The notes: generated by a model from the letters alone, not told the origin. A stretch of 57,236 nt of DNA from Candidatus Burarchaeum australiense (GCA_902386535.1 CABMJK010000014.1:1-57236); one strand, 5' to 3'. Shown: positions 26,107 to 35,992, numbered from the stretch's first letter. Numbers and translations: made by a program.

Positions 26107-26616
26107 TCACTTTCTTCCGAGCTTCAGGCCAATGAGCAGCAGGAGCGCCAGCAGCACCAGTGCGCCGATGATTTCCACCGCGCCGAAGGAGAATTGGGCT
26201 GAAGGGGCGGGTGCGGGCTGCGGGGCTTGGGGCCGCACTGCAGGCTGGGACTTCTTCGCAGTCGCATTCACCACCGCGCCCTGCTCATCAACAGTCTTCC
26301 AACTGCCTTCTGCAGTGAAGTTGCCCTGCGTATTCGTGAAAGAGTAGGTTATCTTGCCGGCTGCAAGCGCCTGGTCAAAGAGCAGCCAGGTGTATTCATT
26401 GCCTGACTGCTTGCTGGGTGCGGGCACGCCCCAGGAAAAGACTGCGCCTTCGGGAAAAATCTCGGTCACTATGATGCCCGTGACGTTGGACGAGGCTTGA
26501 ATCGTGAGCATGGCCGAGGCAGATGAGCCCGACACCACGAGTTCGCGCTCGACCGACGTGGCGAGAGTTAGGGAAGCGAGAAGCACGAGCAATCCAACGA
26601 TTTTCATTCCAGTCAT
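26107..26616 (-). CDS. secreted protein with C-terminal TM anchor, coupled to the giant surface protein
   Basis: Signal peptide, PQAPQPAPAPS linker, and a C-terminal hydrophobic helix plus KLGRK. Its ATG abuts the upstream stop (TGAATG). Confidence 0.65.
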   Translation of the reverse strand: MTGMKIVGLLVLLASLTLATSVERELVVSGSSASAMLTIQASSNVTGIIVTEIFPEGAVFSWGVPAPSKQSGNEYTWLLFDQALAAGKITYSFTNTQGNFTAEGSWKTVDEQGAVVNATAKKSQPAVRPQAPQPAPAPSAQFSFGAVEIIGALVLLALLLLIGLKLGRK

Positions 26617-29600
26617 TCAACCACCTGAAGTATTGTAGGGCGGATAGTAGGGCGTTTCGTTGGCCGGCGGCGTAGCGGGCTCTTCGGGAGGCTCCTCAGG
26701 CGCAAGCGGCCCGTAATAATAATAGCCGTCAGCGCACTTCCAGTTGTTGTTCCTGTTCGTCTCATCCACCCGCTTTTCCATGTCAATCACCGCGCAGATG
26801 ATGTAGCCATTGTCAGCCAAGTCCTGCTCGGTCACCTTCTCGGGAGCGCCGCCTTTCAGATATGAATAAGACTCCCCGCCCGCTATGCCCGAGTGCGCCT
26901 GCTCCCCGTTGATCGAGCTGCCGTTCACGGAGCCAAGCCTCACGTCGAACCTGAAGTAGCCGGAGAAGTTCCTGCCGCCGTTCTTTATCACCACGCTAAT
27001 CAGGTGCTGTCCTACGCCGCCCAAATCCTTTGTGAATGAAATGGACTCGATGTAAAGGTCGATACTGGTCCGGGGCGCGCCCGGCTGGAACGAGAATATG
27101 CCTTCATTGTTGTCCTCATTGCTCTCCTCCAGCACGTGGTCGGGGTCAAGTATGAACTCGAACGCATCCCAGCCCTCGTTCACTGTTGTCAGGTGCTTGT
27201 GGTAAACCCACCATTTAACGGGTATTTTCTTGTACGATTCCGGCACAGGCGAGTACAGCTGGGACTTCATGCCGGCGCCCGGCCCTCCGATGATGCCTGC
27301 GCCAGTGCCGTTTGCGCTGCTGCCCGTAAGTGTGTCATCCACGTTGAATGAAGTATTCATTTCCGACCCACCGCGCTCCTTCATTATCTCGTCGTACAGC
27401 GTGCTTTCCCTGAAATTCGCTCCCGCGCCCGAGGCCACTCCGCCCGCCGGCGAACCAACCGGCGCTGCGCCTACGGTGCTATTTTCTCTGTCAAGGCCCG
27501 TCAGATTCAGCGTAATCCACTGCTGATAGGGCGCATCAGATGCCACTGTCCCTTCCTCCCAGCCTATTTTATTTCTGGTCCTAAAGACTCCTTTCGGCGG
27601 GGAAATGTCGCCCACCACGCGCATAACAGCATACGCGTCATACGTATCATACTGCCTTATGTCATCCGGCTTCACGGAAAGCGATTCTATGCCTGCATCC
27701 GGCCGGAAGGCCATTATCACGTACTTCTCGGCGCTCTTCTGCTTGTTCTCCGGGTGCAAGTCGAGCGCGCACACTATCTTGGCGGTTATGTTGTGCATGC
27801 CCTCCGAGTGGGGCGTCCAGTTCACATAGATGGTGCGGGAGCCGCCCCAGGACCAGCTGACGTTTGCAAACTCGGTCGCATTGTCATAGAAGCGCACGCT
27901 CGCATTCGCAGTTATCGGATATGGTGCGAGATACTCCACATCCACCCGTATCACGCCCGGCGCACCGTTCTCAACCATTTTCTCCTCCGGCAACTTGAAA
28001 TATGTAATGGCATATTGGGGGTTGTATACGTAGGCAGTCAGCGAGTCCAAATCTTTTCTTCCCACGGTATCATTCACCATTAGCGTATAGATGTACGTGC
28101 CTTCCTTGGCCTCGCTCCACTGCACCGGCTTCACTGCGCTCCAGTTGCCGATGAAATCGTACGCACCGCCGTTGAAGTTCCACGCGTACTGCGCCAGCGG
28201 ATAATCCTTTCCCACTGACTTGTTCGCATAAACGTAGAATTTCTCGCCCACCAGCACCTCAAAGGGCTTCACATAGCCCGGGCCCCATGCAGCGGCATAG
28301 GGTCCTTCCGAAGCATTCGTTTTCGCGCTCACATCCACCACATCATAATCATCCGGCTTCACGAGGTAGTAGTGGCCGGTCGCGCTCACATTGTATGCGG
28401 CCATTACCATGAAGTAGTATGTGGTGCTCGGCATCAGCCCCGTAACCGTGTAATTGGTCCGCGCAGGGTCGGTTATGAATGCCACGGGCACGCTGCACCT
28501 CGACCTTATGCCATCGTAGCTTATGTGGTTCTGCGAAACGCAGACGACATATGATTCGAAGAACTCGTTCCACACCCTATTCCACTGAAGGGGCACCGAG
28601 TCATGGTCTATCTTCTGCGGCTGCGTTATCTGCGCCCGCGTGCCCTCGAGCGTGCGCGCGTGCACGACAGTTGAGAATCTGGCAGCGCCGAATTTGTCCA
28701 CCGCCGAAACCTGATAGTAGCGGTCCACGCCCGGGTTCAGGTCTATAAATTCAGCAGTTGTCTTCGCCTTGTCCGTTATGTTGTAGAACAAAGTGCGCCC
28801 GCCGCCCGTGGCGTTTGTCCTGTAAACATGATACTCCTTGAAGTCCACGTCCTGGCACTCGTCCCACGCAACGGTGGCCTTTGTGTCGGTCACATCACTC
28901 ACCCACGTCTCGAACTCCGCGGGCGGATAGTTGCTGAAAGTCAGGGAGATATTGTACACGTTATTCTCGTTGAAGAAGTCATAGCCCGAGGAGAGCGTTG
29001 TGCCTTTCGGCCCTGTCCACGTTTGCTCTCCCGTCACTATCAGCGTGAGCGTGTATGCGCGCGGCTGGAACTTGTTGCTGTCAATCACTACAGTCAGCAC
29101 TCCGCCCGAGGGCGCGCCCGCAGGCGCGGGCAGCAGTGTCGTAGTGCTCTGCCCCAGCAAATTGCCGTTCGAATCATAGACATATGCCCGCACCTTCTTC
29201 GCCTCGCCGTGCCCGATGTTCTTCACAGGCACCTTTATCTCGAAATACCTGCCGACTATCGGGGTCGAATACTGCACCTCGCTCGGCTCCAGGCACACGT
29301 CCATCGAATATCTCACGTACATGTTGCCGAGCCTGCCCGCATCCGCCTCGCCGTAGCTCTTGAGCCCCTGCAAGACGGGCTGCATGAGGTTCTGCACGTA
29401 GGGTATTACGCACGCCGAGCCGAGCCCGAACTCCCAGTCATAGGCCTCCCACCCGCCTATCTGTATGATGCCGTCGGGCTGGTACTTGAGCAGCTCATAT
29501 TCCTTCCCAAGGCGCTTCACGAAGCTGTCCTCGCACTGCCAGCTCGCAAGCCCGTCCGAATCCGCTTTCTGCTTCATGCACGACAAGTCGTTCTTGTCCG

Positions 29601-30513
29601 CGGCCGCAAGCGCCGTCATCTCGCTCAGCGAATAGTAGCCGAACCAGCCCTGCCCCGGAGTTTCATTATAGACGTGATAATAGTGCCTGGATGCCATGAG
29701 GTTGCCGTAGCACAGGCTGATGTTCGTGACATCCTGCACATTCGCATACCATTCCATAATGCTGTCAAGCGTTTCGTGCATGAGGTACGCGGTCGCCTGC
29801 AGCACGTCGTCGAAGCTGAGCAGGAAGCCCGCGGGCGCGCCCACAATCACGAAGCCGATGCCGAACAGCTTGTTGGTGATGAGATAGTCTTTTATGACGA
29901 AATCCTTCACCGTCGGGCCGTAGACTGCTTTCACCAGGCCCATCACTACATCAAACTGGCTCTCGCCCTCCTCCACTGCCCCCAAATCATACGCAGCGTC
30001 AAAGTCCGCCTGGCCGATGAAGCTCCTCATCTCGTCCTCGACAACCTGGCCGTAGTAGCTCTTTATGTCATTCTTGTTCCCGTTGTACATCGCCACGTAT
30101 GTATGGTAATAATCCATGTACGCATTTTGGCGCGAGCCGAAGACATCGTCATAGTACTCGAAAGCGTACCCGGGTATGTGGGTTTTCAGTGTGCACACCT
30201 TCGGCTGGGCCGCGGCAGAGCGCATGTCGGGCACGGGCGGCGGCTGGCCGGGCTTCTGCGTGAGCGCGTCAATGTCCTCCAGCACAGCGATGTCGCTTAT
30301 TGCGCCCGACGTCCACTGATCGACGCTGGCCATCTGCAGGTCCTGGGCCGAGGAGGCCACTATGCCGGATGTGCTCTGCCCGCCGGATTCGCCTTCCACC
30401 GGCTCAACCTCCATGTACTGCTCTTCAAGCGTGATTTGGGCAGCCTGCAGTTGGGCAAAAGAGAGCGGGAAAGATATGAGGAGAAGCATGAATGCGCAGA
30501 GCATCCTGTTCAT
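26617..30513 (-). CDS. giant secreted surface protein (FN3-like and CARDB/PKD-like beta-sandwich repeats)
   Basis: 1298 aa with a signal peptide. Two FN3-like modules (ATVAWDECQDVDFKEYHVYR...YYQVSAVD; VPLQWNRVW...TTYYFMVMAAY), CARDB-like segments (VKNIGHGEAKKV; IKNGGRNFSG), and a Pro/Glu-rich tail. Confidence 0.8.
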   Translation of the reverse strand: MNRMLCAFMLLLISFPLSFAQLQAAQITLEEQYMEVEPVEGESGGQSTSGIVASSAQDLQMASVDQWTSGAISDIAVLEDIDALTQKPGQPPPVPDMRSAAAQPKVCTLKTHIPGYAFEYYDDVFGSRQNAYMDYYHTYVAMYNGNKNDIKSYYGQVVEDEMRSFIGQADFDAAYDLGAVEEGESQFDVVMGLVKAVYGPTVKDFVIKDYLITNKLFGIGFVIVGAPAGFLLSFDDVLQATAYLMHETLDSIMEWYANVQDVTNISLCYGNLMASRHYYHVYNETPGQGWFGYYSLSEMTALAAADKNDLSCMKQKADSDGLASWQCEDSFVKRLGKEYELLKYQPDGIIQIGGWEAYDWEFGLGSACVIPYVQNLMQPVLQGLKSYGEADAGRLGNMYVRYSMDVCLEPSEVQYSTPIVGRYFEIKVPVKNIGHGEAKKVRAYVYDSNGNLLGQSTTTLLPAPAGAPSGGVLTVVIDSNKFQPRAYTLTLIVTGEQTWTGPKGTTLSSGYDFFNENNVYNISLTFSNYPPAEFETWVSDVTDTKATVAWDECQDVDFKEYHVYRTNATGGGRTLFYNITDKAKTTAEFIDLNPGVDRYYQVSAVDKFGAARFSTVVHARTLEGTRAQITQPQKIDHDSVPLQWNRVWNEFFESYVVCVSQNHISYDGIRSRCSVPVAFITDPARTNYTVTGLMPSTTYYFMVMAAYNVSATGHYYLVKPDDYDVVDVSAKTNASEGPYAAAWGPGYVKPFEVLVGEKFYVYANKSVGKDYPLAQYAWNFNGGAYDFIGNWSAVKPVQWSEAKEGTYIYTLMVNDTVGRKDLDSLTAYVYNPQYAITYFKLPEEKMVENGAPGVIRVDVEYLAPYPITANASVRFYDNATEFANVSWSWGGSRTIYVNWTPHSEGMHNITAKIVCALDLHPENKQKSAEKYVIMAFRPDAGIESLSVKPDDIRQYDTYDAYAVMRVVGDISPPKGVFRTRNKIGWEEGTVASDAPYQQWITLNLTGLDRENSTVGAAPVGSPAGGVASGAGANFRESTLYDEIMKERGGSEMNTSFNVDDTLTGSSANGTGAGIIGGPGAGMKSQLYSPVPESYKKIPVKWWVYHKHLTTVNEGWDAFEFILDPDHVLEESNEDNNEGIFSFQPGAPRTSIDLYIESISFTKDLGGVGQHLISVVIKNGGRNFSGYFRFDVRLGSVNGSSINGEQAHSGIAGGESYSYLKGGAPEKVTEQDLADNGYIICAVIDMEKRVDETNRNNNWKCADGYYYYGPLAPEEPPEEPATPPANETPYYPPYNTSGG

Positions 30514-30594
30514 GGCTGGCTATCATGGCAATCGTTTATAAATTTTCATCCAGCCCGTGACCCCGCGGCAGCGCCATCCGGTGCCTGCGCGAGC

Positions 30595-31176
30595 CTAGCA
30601 CCGCGATGCATATGCTAGCAGGATTCCGCCCAATATGATGGTAGCACCGGGGCATCCTCCCAGTCCGGCCGTTGACGAGGGCTGGTATGTCTTGTTCTCC
30701 CCGGTTGAGGGCTTGGTGGCTGGCGGCGGCTGTGCCGTTGAAGCAGGTGTTTGGGGCGCGGGCATCTGCGGCCCGGCATCGGAGGTTGACTTCGAGCCTT
30801 TCACGCACACCGTGATGGGCCATTCACGCACGTTATCGCCCGAGCGCGCAACCATCGTGCACGTCCCTGTGGCATCCGTCTCGCTCACAGCCTGCACGCT
30901 CACGGTGGCATAATGCCTGGCGTCAATGTGAAGAAAGAACGGGTCCGAGGGAAAGCCTACGAAAGGCGAGGTGCACTCCGGCACCACTATGACGTTGCCA
31001 GAAGCCTCGCCGATGTTCTCGACCTTCACTTGGAACTCGGTCTCCTCGCCGCTCTGCAAGCACTCGGGTGCCGTGGAATATGTCACCTCCCTTATTGCGG
31101 GGTCGGGTGATTCGGAAGAATATGCAAAAACAAGGCCAGCCAGCATGCACGCAAGCAGCAAAGCAATTCCCTTCAT
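30595..31176 (-). CDS. secreted CARDB-like protein with C-terminal TM anchor
   Basis: Signal peptide MKGIALLLACMLAGLVFA, EFQVKVENIGEASGNV, a PT-rich linker and a C-terminal helix. The ORF track offers an alternative start at 31200. Confidence 0.6.
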   Translation of the reverse strand: MKGIALLLACMLAGLVFAYSSESPDPAIREVTYSTAPECLQSGEETEFQVKVENIGEASGNVIVVPECTSPFVGFPSDPFFLHIDARHYATVSVQAVSETDATGTCTMVARSGDNVREWPITVCVKGSKSTSDAGPQMPAPQTPASTAQPPPATKPSTGENKTYQPSSTAGLGGCPGATIILGGILLAYASRC

Positions 31177-31180
31177 GCAC

Positions 31181-31486
31181 TCACCTCTTCGCCGTCGCAT
31201 CTTCGCGCATGATGACTTTCACTATTGCGAAGACCACGAGCGCTATTATGGCGAAGTCTATCAAAGCGCCGACAAAATCGCCTATCAGGAACTTGACTGG
31301 TCCGAGCTGCAGGGTTGCGGTGCGCCAGTCGCCGCCCGGCGCGAGCACCCCGACTATGGGCATGATAATGTCGGTCACGAGCGAGGTCACCAATTTGGTC
31401 GAGGCAGCGCCAATGATGAACGCGACCGCCAGCCCCAGAACTTGATACTTCTTCAGGAAATCCATGAACTCGGATGCCATGCCCAC
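31181..31486 (-). CDS. mscL: large-conductance mechanosensitive channel
   Basis: 101 aa. FLKKYQVLGLAVAFIIGAA...LVTDIIMPIVG...FLIGDFVGALIDFAIIALVVF is the MscL signature. Confidence 0.85.
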   Translation of the reverse strand: MGMASEFMDFLKKYQVLGLAVAFIIGAASTKLVTSLVTDIIMPIVGVLAPGGDWRTATLQLGPVKFLIGDFVGALIDFAIIALVVFAIVKVIMREDATAKR

Positions 31487-31505
31487 GCTACCACCTCTTG
31501 TTTTT

Positions 31506-32123
31506 TCAACTGCTCGAGCAGTTTTCTTCCCACACGCGCAGGCACTTCTGCTTCTCCTCGCACCATGAATAGCCTGCCGAGCCTATGCAGCCATGCGCAT
31601 CAGTGTCGTTGCCGACCATCTGCCCTGTGCAGTTCTCCTCCCATATCCTGATGCACTTCTGGCTCGACTCGCACCACGAGTATCCTGCAGAACCAATGCA
31701 TCCGTGCTCATCCCTGTCAGAACCGGGCATCGGCGAGGCCGTTGCATTGCAAATGTCAACTTGAGCGCAGTTCGAGCCCAGAGTGAGCTGCTTGCACTCC
31801 GCGCTCATCGAGTCGGGCCCCACGACCGGGCAGCTTACCTGCGTCCCGTCGGCCTTATAGTAGGTGGTGCCGCCCCCGAGCAGCGAGCTCACGACGCCGA
31901 AGTAGTTGCCGCAAACGTAAACCATCGCAACGTTGGCCTGGCCGCAGAACGCCTGGGCCTGCTCCTCCACCGTCTTGACAGGCACGCTGGGCTGGGAAGC
32001 TGGCGGAGTGGCGGGCGCCTGGGGCTGGGATGCAGGAGGCGCCTGCTGCCCGCAACCCGCGAGAAGAACGAGCGAAAACACGAAGATAAGAACGAACCAC
32101 TTTGCACCAGCCATCGGCATCAC
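31506..32123 (-). CDS. secreted lipobox protein with duplicated Cys-rich module
   Basis: Signal peptide ending LLAGCGQQ and a PQ/PA linker. HGCIGSAGYSWCE..QKC.R.WEENC occurs twice at the C-terminus. Confidence 0.6.
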   Translation of the reverse strand: MMPMAGAKWFVLIFVFSLVLLAGCGQQAPPASQPQAPATPPASQPSVPVKTVEEQAQAFCGQANVAMVYVCGNYFGVVSSLLGGGTTYYKADGTQVSCPVVGPDSMSAECKQLTLGSNCAQVDICNATASPMPGSDRDEHGCIGSAGYSWCESSQKCIRIWEENCTGQMVGNDTDAHGCIGSAGYSWCEEKQKCLRVWEENCSSS

Positions 32124-32219
32124 CGCCTTGGAATCTGCGTGCGGCTTTATAATTATTGCGCGAATTCAACTTGGCAAAGCACTTTGCAGTGCAAAGCTTT
32201 ATATAGTTTGGCGTTCCTT

Positions 32220-32870
32220 ATGGGGGTGCGAACGCAAAAGGTGATGGGGATGCAAAACAACATCGATTTGGTTGAAATAAGGCGGAAGGCGTACATGTCC
32301 GTCTTCGAGGACGGGCTGCTCGACATCTGCCTCGGGGCATGGTTCATACTCTTCGGCCTCATGACGCTCGTGGGCGCATCAGTTTTCATGGTGTTCCTCT
32401 ACTTCCTCATCGCGCCCGCGTGGTATGCCGGCAAGCGGCTCATAACCGTGCCGCGCGCGGGGCTCGTGAAGTTCCCGCCCAAGAGCATGAGCAAGGAGCA
32501 GGCAAGGAATCGGATGCTGGCCGCCGCGGTGCTGGGCGCCGTGATAGCCGCGATGACAATGTGGCTCTTCAGCGCGCTTTCCAAGGCCTCCTCCTTCAGC
32601 GAGTTCTTCTTCGTGGGCCAGATGTTCGTGGTCCTGCTGCTGGTGGGCACGGTGGCCCTGAAGCTCTGGCGCATCCTGCTCTACGCGGCAGTCACCGAGG
32701 CCGCGGTGCTGTACCTGGAATTCGCGACCAGCCTGCCAGAAGTGCAGAAGGAGACCATATTCTTCGGCGTGATGGGCTCGGCAATCGTGCTGGGCGGCCT
32801 CTGGTTTTTAATGCGCTTCCTGCAGAAAAACCCGCTGCCCGCAGAGGGAATGAAATATGGCGAAGCTTGA
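32220..32870 (+). CDS. integral membrane protein (paired with wHTH regulator)
   Basis: Multi-TM sequence from the Met at 32220 (alternatives 32244 and 32250). The longer track ORF from 31593 is antisense to 31506..32123. Confidence 0.6.
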   Translation: MGVRTQKVMGMQNNIDLVEIRRKAYMSVFEDGLLDICLGAWFILFGLMTLVGASVFMVFLYFLIAPAWYAGKRLITVPRAGLVKFPPKSMSKEQARNRMLAAAVLGAVIAAMTMWLFSALSKASSFSEFFFVGQMFVVLLLVGTVALKLWRILLYAAVTEAAVLYLEFATSLPEVQKETIFFGVMGSAIVLGGLWFLMRFLQKNPLPAEGMKYGEA

Positions 32871-33222
32871 AAAAGGAAGGGAAGCGAATGCCGCGGCCAG
32901 GGCTGAAAAAGGCAGGAAAGAAGCCAAGGCAATAGCGAAGATAGACCGGCTCATCCACGAGCCTGCGCGCCTGAACGTGATGGCCCACCTCTTCGTGGTC
33001 GAGGGCGCGGACTTCCTCTTCCTCATGCGCCAGACCAACCTGACCTTCGGCAACCTGTCATCGCATTTGAGCAAGCTCGAGGCAGCCGGCTATTTGCAGG
33101 TGAAGAAGGAGTTCGTGGAGAAGAAGCCGCACACCATGCTCAGTCTCACGAAGAAGGGCAGGGCCGCCTTCCAGACCTACACCGGGAACATGAAAAAGGT
33201 TTTTGCCGAGCTGCCCAAGTGA
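32857..33222 (+). CDS. ArsR/winged-helix family transcriptional regulator
   Basis: IHEPARLNVMAHL...NLTFGNLSSHLSKLEAAGYLQVKKEF is a wHTH signature. It overlaps the upstream membrane gene by 14 nt. Confidence 0.8.
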   Translation: MAKLEKGREANAAARAEKGRKEAKAIAKIDRLIHEPARLNVMAHLFVVEGADFLFLMRQTNLTFGNLSSHLSKLEAAGYLQVKKEFVEKKPHTMLSLTKKGRAAFQTYTGNMKKVFAELPK

Positions 33223-33225
33223 GCG

Positions 33226-33825
33226 CTAATACTTCAAGGATGCAATCCTTTCCGCTTCCTTGCAAACCTCCCGGTCCTTAATCACGATGCTGGCCCTTTT
33301 TGCTATATTCCCTGCACGGCTTATTATCAGACTGCGCTTCAGCGACATGAATCTGCGCAGGTCTTCCAACAATATGCCTTCGAGCGCACCCACGATGAGC
33401 GCCGAGGCCTCTCTGTTCGCGGTCCAATACTCAAACTCAGGTGACTTTTTGTTTATGAGCTCCTCCAGCACGTCCATGCACTCCGCAGGATGCCTGCTCA
33501 CCTCGGCAATTATGGCCTCGCGGCTCTGGGTTTCCTCCCACTTGTAGCTGGCCAGAAATTCCTTCAGGTCAATCCTTTTCGTTTGCACTGGCGGCTTAGG
33601 TTCAAAGCCGTCAAACGCAGCCCTTATGCACTCCCTTATCACTCCCCTCTTCACGCGCGGGGAGGCAAAGGCAACGACCGTCGGCATGTGCCTGTGAAAG
33701 AACGTTCTTCCCAACCGGGTCCGCAGGAACATTTCCGTGCGCACTTCTTTTGAAATTAAATTATTCGGAATAATCGTAGTGCTTTCCATGACTCCACCTT
33801 GCCACCAGTCAAACTTGTTGCTCAT
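33226..33825 (-). CDS. hypothetical protein
   Basis: 199-aa ORF with no recognised motif. Confidence 0.45.
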   Translation of the reverse strand: MSNKFDWWQGGVMESTTIIPNNLISKEVRTEMFLRTRLGRTFFHRHMPTVVAFASPRVKRGVIRECIRAAFDGFEPKPPVQTKRIDLKEFLASYKWEETQSREAIIAEVSRHPAECMDVLEELINKKSPEFEYWTANREASALIVGALEGILLEDLRRFMSLKRSLIISRAGNIAKRASIVIKDREVCKEAERIASLKY

Positions 33826-33909
33826 TTGAGATTTTTAAACTCTGCAGCCCGCCTTGAGGCGCAAAACTATAAATATCCTGTCTTCCATCGCCTTTCCGAG
33901 GTGTTGTCC

Positions 33910-34461
33910 ATGCCCAGGAAAGCTTCATCAAAGTCCGCGGCCTTCAAGCCGACAAGCGTTTATTCAGGCCCGAGGGGCACCACTGACACCGACTATTCTT
34001 CCTATGCCGGCTCGCGCCTGGACTGGCACACGCTGAAAATCTTTATTCTGGGCGCGCTGGCCTTCACCGTGATTTCTTTCATAGTTCACATGGCGGGAGC
34101 CATGGTCGACATGGGCTATTACATGATGCCCGCGTATTTCAGCGTCTGGAGCCCGCTCATGATGCCGATTGCAGGCCCGCCTCCCATCGAGTTCACCTAC
34201 GCCTCGCTGCTCTTCGGCTTCATAACCGGCGCCATCTTCGTCTACTGCTACACGCTCGTAAGGCGCGCCATGCCCGGCAATAACTGGCTGTCAAAGGGCC
34301 TGAACTACGGCATGTTCGTCATGCTGCTTGCCGGCCTGCCAACCTATATGAGCATGACCCTGCTCATCAACCTGCCGCAGGGCCTACTGGTCTCGTGGCT
34401 TGTGCAGAGCTTCATCACCTACGAGCTGGCAGGCATGGCCGCTGCAAGGTTTGCGCGGTGA
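33910..34461 (+). CDS. integral membrane protein
   Basis: From the internal Met MPRKASSKS. Four to five hydrophobic helices. Confidence 0.55.
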   Translation: MPRKASSKSAAFKPTSVYSGPRGTTDTDYSSYAGSRLDWHTLKIFILGALAFTVISFIVHMAGAMVDMGYYMMPAYFSVWSPLMMPIAGPPPIEFTYASLLFGFITGAIFVYCYTLVRRAMPGNNWLSKGLNYGMFVMLLAGLPTYMSMTLLINLPQGLLVSWLVQSFITYELAGMAAARFAR

Positions 34462-34470
34462 TCGCAAGGC

Positions 34471-34728
34471 CTACTGACCGGCGCCCATGTAGCGCATCTT
34501 CCTGCTCATCATCCACAGGCCCACCAGGATTACGACCAGCGGTATGAAAGGCAGGTTCACGTTCCACCAGTACATGTCATTGCCCAACCACACGACGCCC
34601 AGCAGGAAGATCAGCACGCCGAAAAATATGCCGCCTCCCCCTCGCCTGTGGCACCTGCAGTCGCAATCCTTGCCCTCATGGCATTCGCACTCGCATTTCT
34701 CCCCGCTCATTTTCTCCATTCTTGCCAT
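34471..34728 (-). CDS. small membrane protein with Cys/His-rich N-terminus
   Basis: CECECHEGKDCDCRCH followed by two TM helices. Confidence 0.55.
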   Translation of the reverse strand: MARMEKMSGEKCECECHEGKDCDCRCHRRGGGGIFFGVLIFLLGVVWLGNDMYWWNVNLPFIPLVVILVGLWMMSRKMRYMGAGQ

Positions 34729-34756
34729 TTTCTCACCTCACGGAGTTTTCCCTCTT

Positions 34757-35992
34757 CTATCCTTCCTTATTGCACCCCATGTCCGCCAGCTCCAAGTAAA
34801 CGGATGAGAACTTCCCTGGCGTGGGCGGGCCCCTGATTCCTACTGCAAAGCGCGTGAAGAAAACTTTCGAGGCGCCTGCTGAAAGCGCCCCTTCAGTGCT
34901 GGACTTTACCGCAGCATCCGTGCTGGCCTCGCCATATTCCGCTTCCGTCACCCAAATCGGCCTTGAAATGCCCCGCTCGGTGAAAAGCGCCTTGAAGGGC
35001 TTGACATTCAGAGAGGCTAGGTCGCCGTTATTGATGTAATGTATGTTGGCAATGTCGAAATAGTCCGCGGCGCCGGCATCCAGCTGGCCTGCCCAATAGT
35101 CGAGCATGTATTGCTCGGTGCCCGCCGCGCCCGCCTGCACGATCTTGCACTCCGGGCAGGCCTCTTTTATGGCCTTGCTGCTCGCCTTCAGGACTTCGAG
35201 ATAGTCTGATGCAGTGCCTTTGAAGAACGTGAGCTCGCCCGACTGCATCTCGGGCTCGTTCAGCACTTCCCAGTAGCGCACGGGCAGCACCAGGCCGGGC
35301 ATGTCGTCCACGCCATCTCCGTCATACCTTTCAGCCAGCGCGCGCAGGAAAGCGGAATATTTGTCCATGTCGCAGGGCTTGCACCGCGAGTTCGGTATTT
35401 CGGAATTGTAGAACGTGTCGGCAGGCCCGACCTCGCACGCTGATGCCTGCCTGCACTTTGCCTGGTCCCAGTCCGCGAAGGGCCAGATGGTGCCGAGCAG
35501 CAGGACCCCGTTGTCCTGCGCGGCCTTCACGTATCTGTCGGCCTGCGAGAAATCAAACTCGCCATCCTTCTTCTCAATCATGCCCCACGCGAACGGGCCC
35601 GGATGCGGCCTTTCCCAGGCCACGCCAATCTGCTTCTCCATCATGGCCTCATTAGGCGAGCCTATCACGAAGCCAAGGCACCGGGGCTCGGCGGCTGCGA
35701 ACGCATTCAAATCAGCGGTCGAGATGTTTGCGGGCGGAGAAGGCGGCGTGGTTTGAGCAGGAGGCGGCGTTTGCGCCGGTGGTTGTGCGGGCGGAGTTGC
35801 GGGTTGCTGAGGCGGCGCCTGTGCGGGTGCCTGTTGTGCGGGCGTTTGAGTCTGTGAAGGCGGCTGGGTTTGCGGTGAGCTAGGCGGCTGCTGGACAGGT
35901 GTTTGCGATGGAGGCGCGGGCTGCGAAGGGCAGCCTGCGAGCAAAAGCAGGAAAATGAGCGAAAATGCGAGCAAAAGCGCGTGCAGGTGCAT
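34757..35992 (-). CDS. secreted clan GH-A glycoside hydrolase-like lipobox protein
   Basis: Signal peptide ending LLLAGCPSQ and a PQ-rich linker. YWEVLNEPE (acid/base Glu in NEP) and IWVTEAEYG (nucleophile Glu) are typical of GH5-like (beta/alpha)8 enzymes. Confidence 0.65.
   Translation of the reverse strand: MHLHALLLAFSLIFLLLLAGCPSQPAPPSQTPVQQPPSSPQTQPPSQTQTPAQQAPAQAPPQQPATPPAQPPAQTPPPAQTTPPSPPANISTADLNAFAAAEPRCLGFVIGSPNEAMMEKQIGVAWERPHPGPFAWGMIEKKDGEFDFSQADRYVKAAQDNGVLLLGTIWPFADWDQAKCRQASACEVGPADTFYNSEIPNSRCKPCDMDKYSAFLRALAERYDGDGVDDMPGLVLPVRYWEVLNEPEMQSGELTFFKGTASDYLEVLKASSKAIKEACPECKIVQAGAAGTEQYMLDYWAGQLDAGAADYFDIANIHYINNGDLASLNVKPFKALFTERGISRPIWVTEAEYGEASTDAAVKSSTEGALSAGASKVFFTRFAVGIRGPPTPGKFSSVYLELADMGCNKEG

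Noticed and set aside
28828-30618. 596-aa ORF antisense to the giant surface protein
   Set aside because: Arg/His/Leu-rich with no motifs. The minus-strand ORF has a signal peptide and recognisable domain repeats.
31593-32219. N-terminal 209 codons of track ORF 31593..32870
   Set aside because: This part is antisense to the secreted Cys-repeat gene and looks non-protein-like. The real membrane protein most likely starts at 32220-32250.
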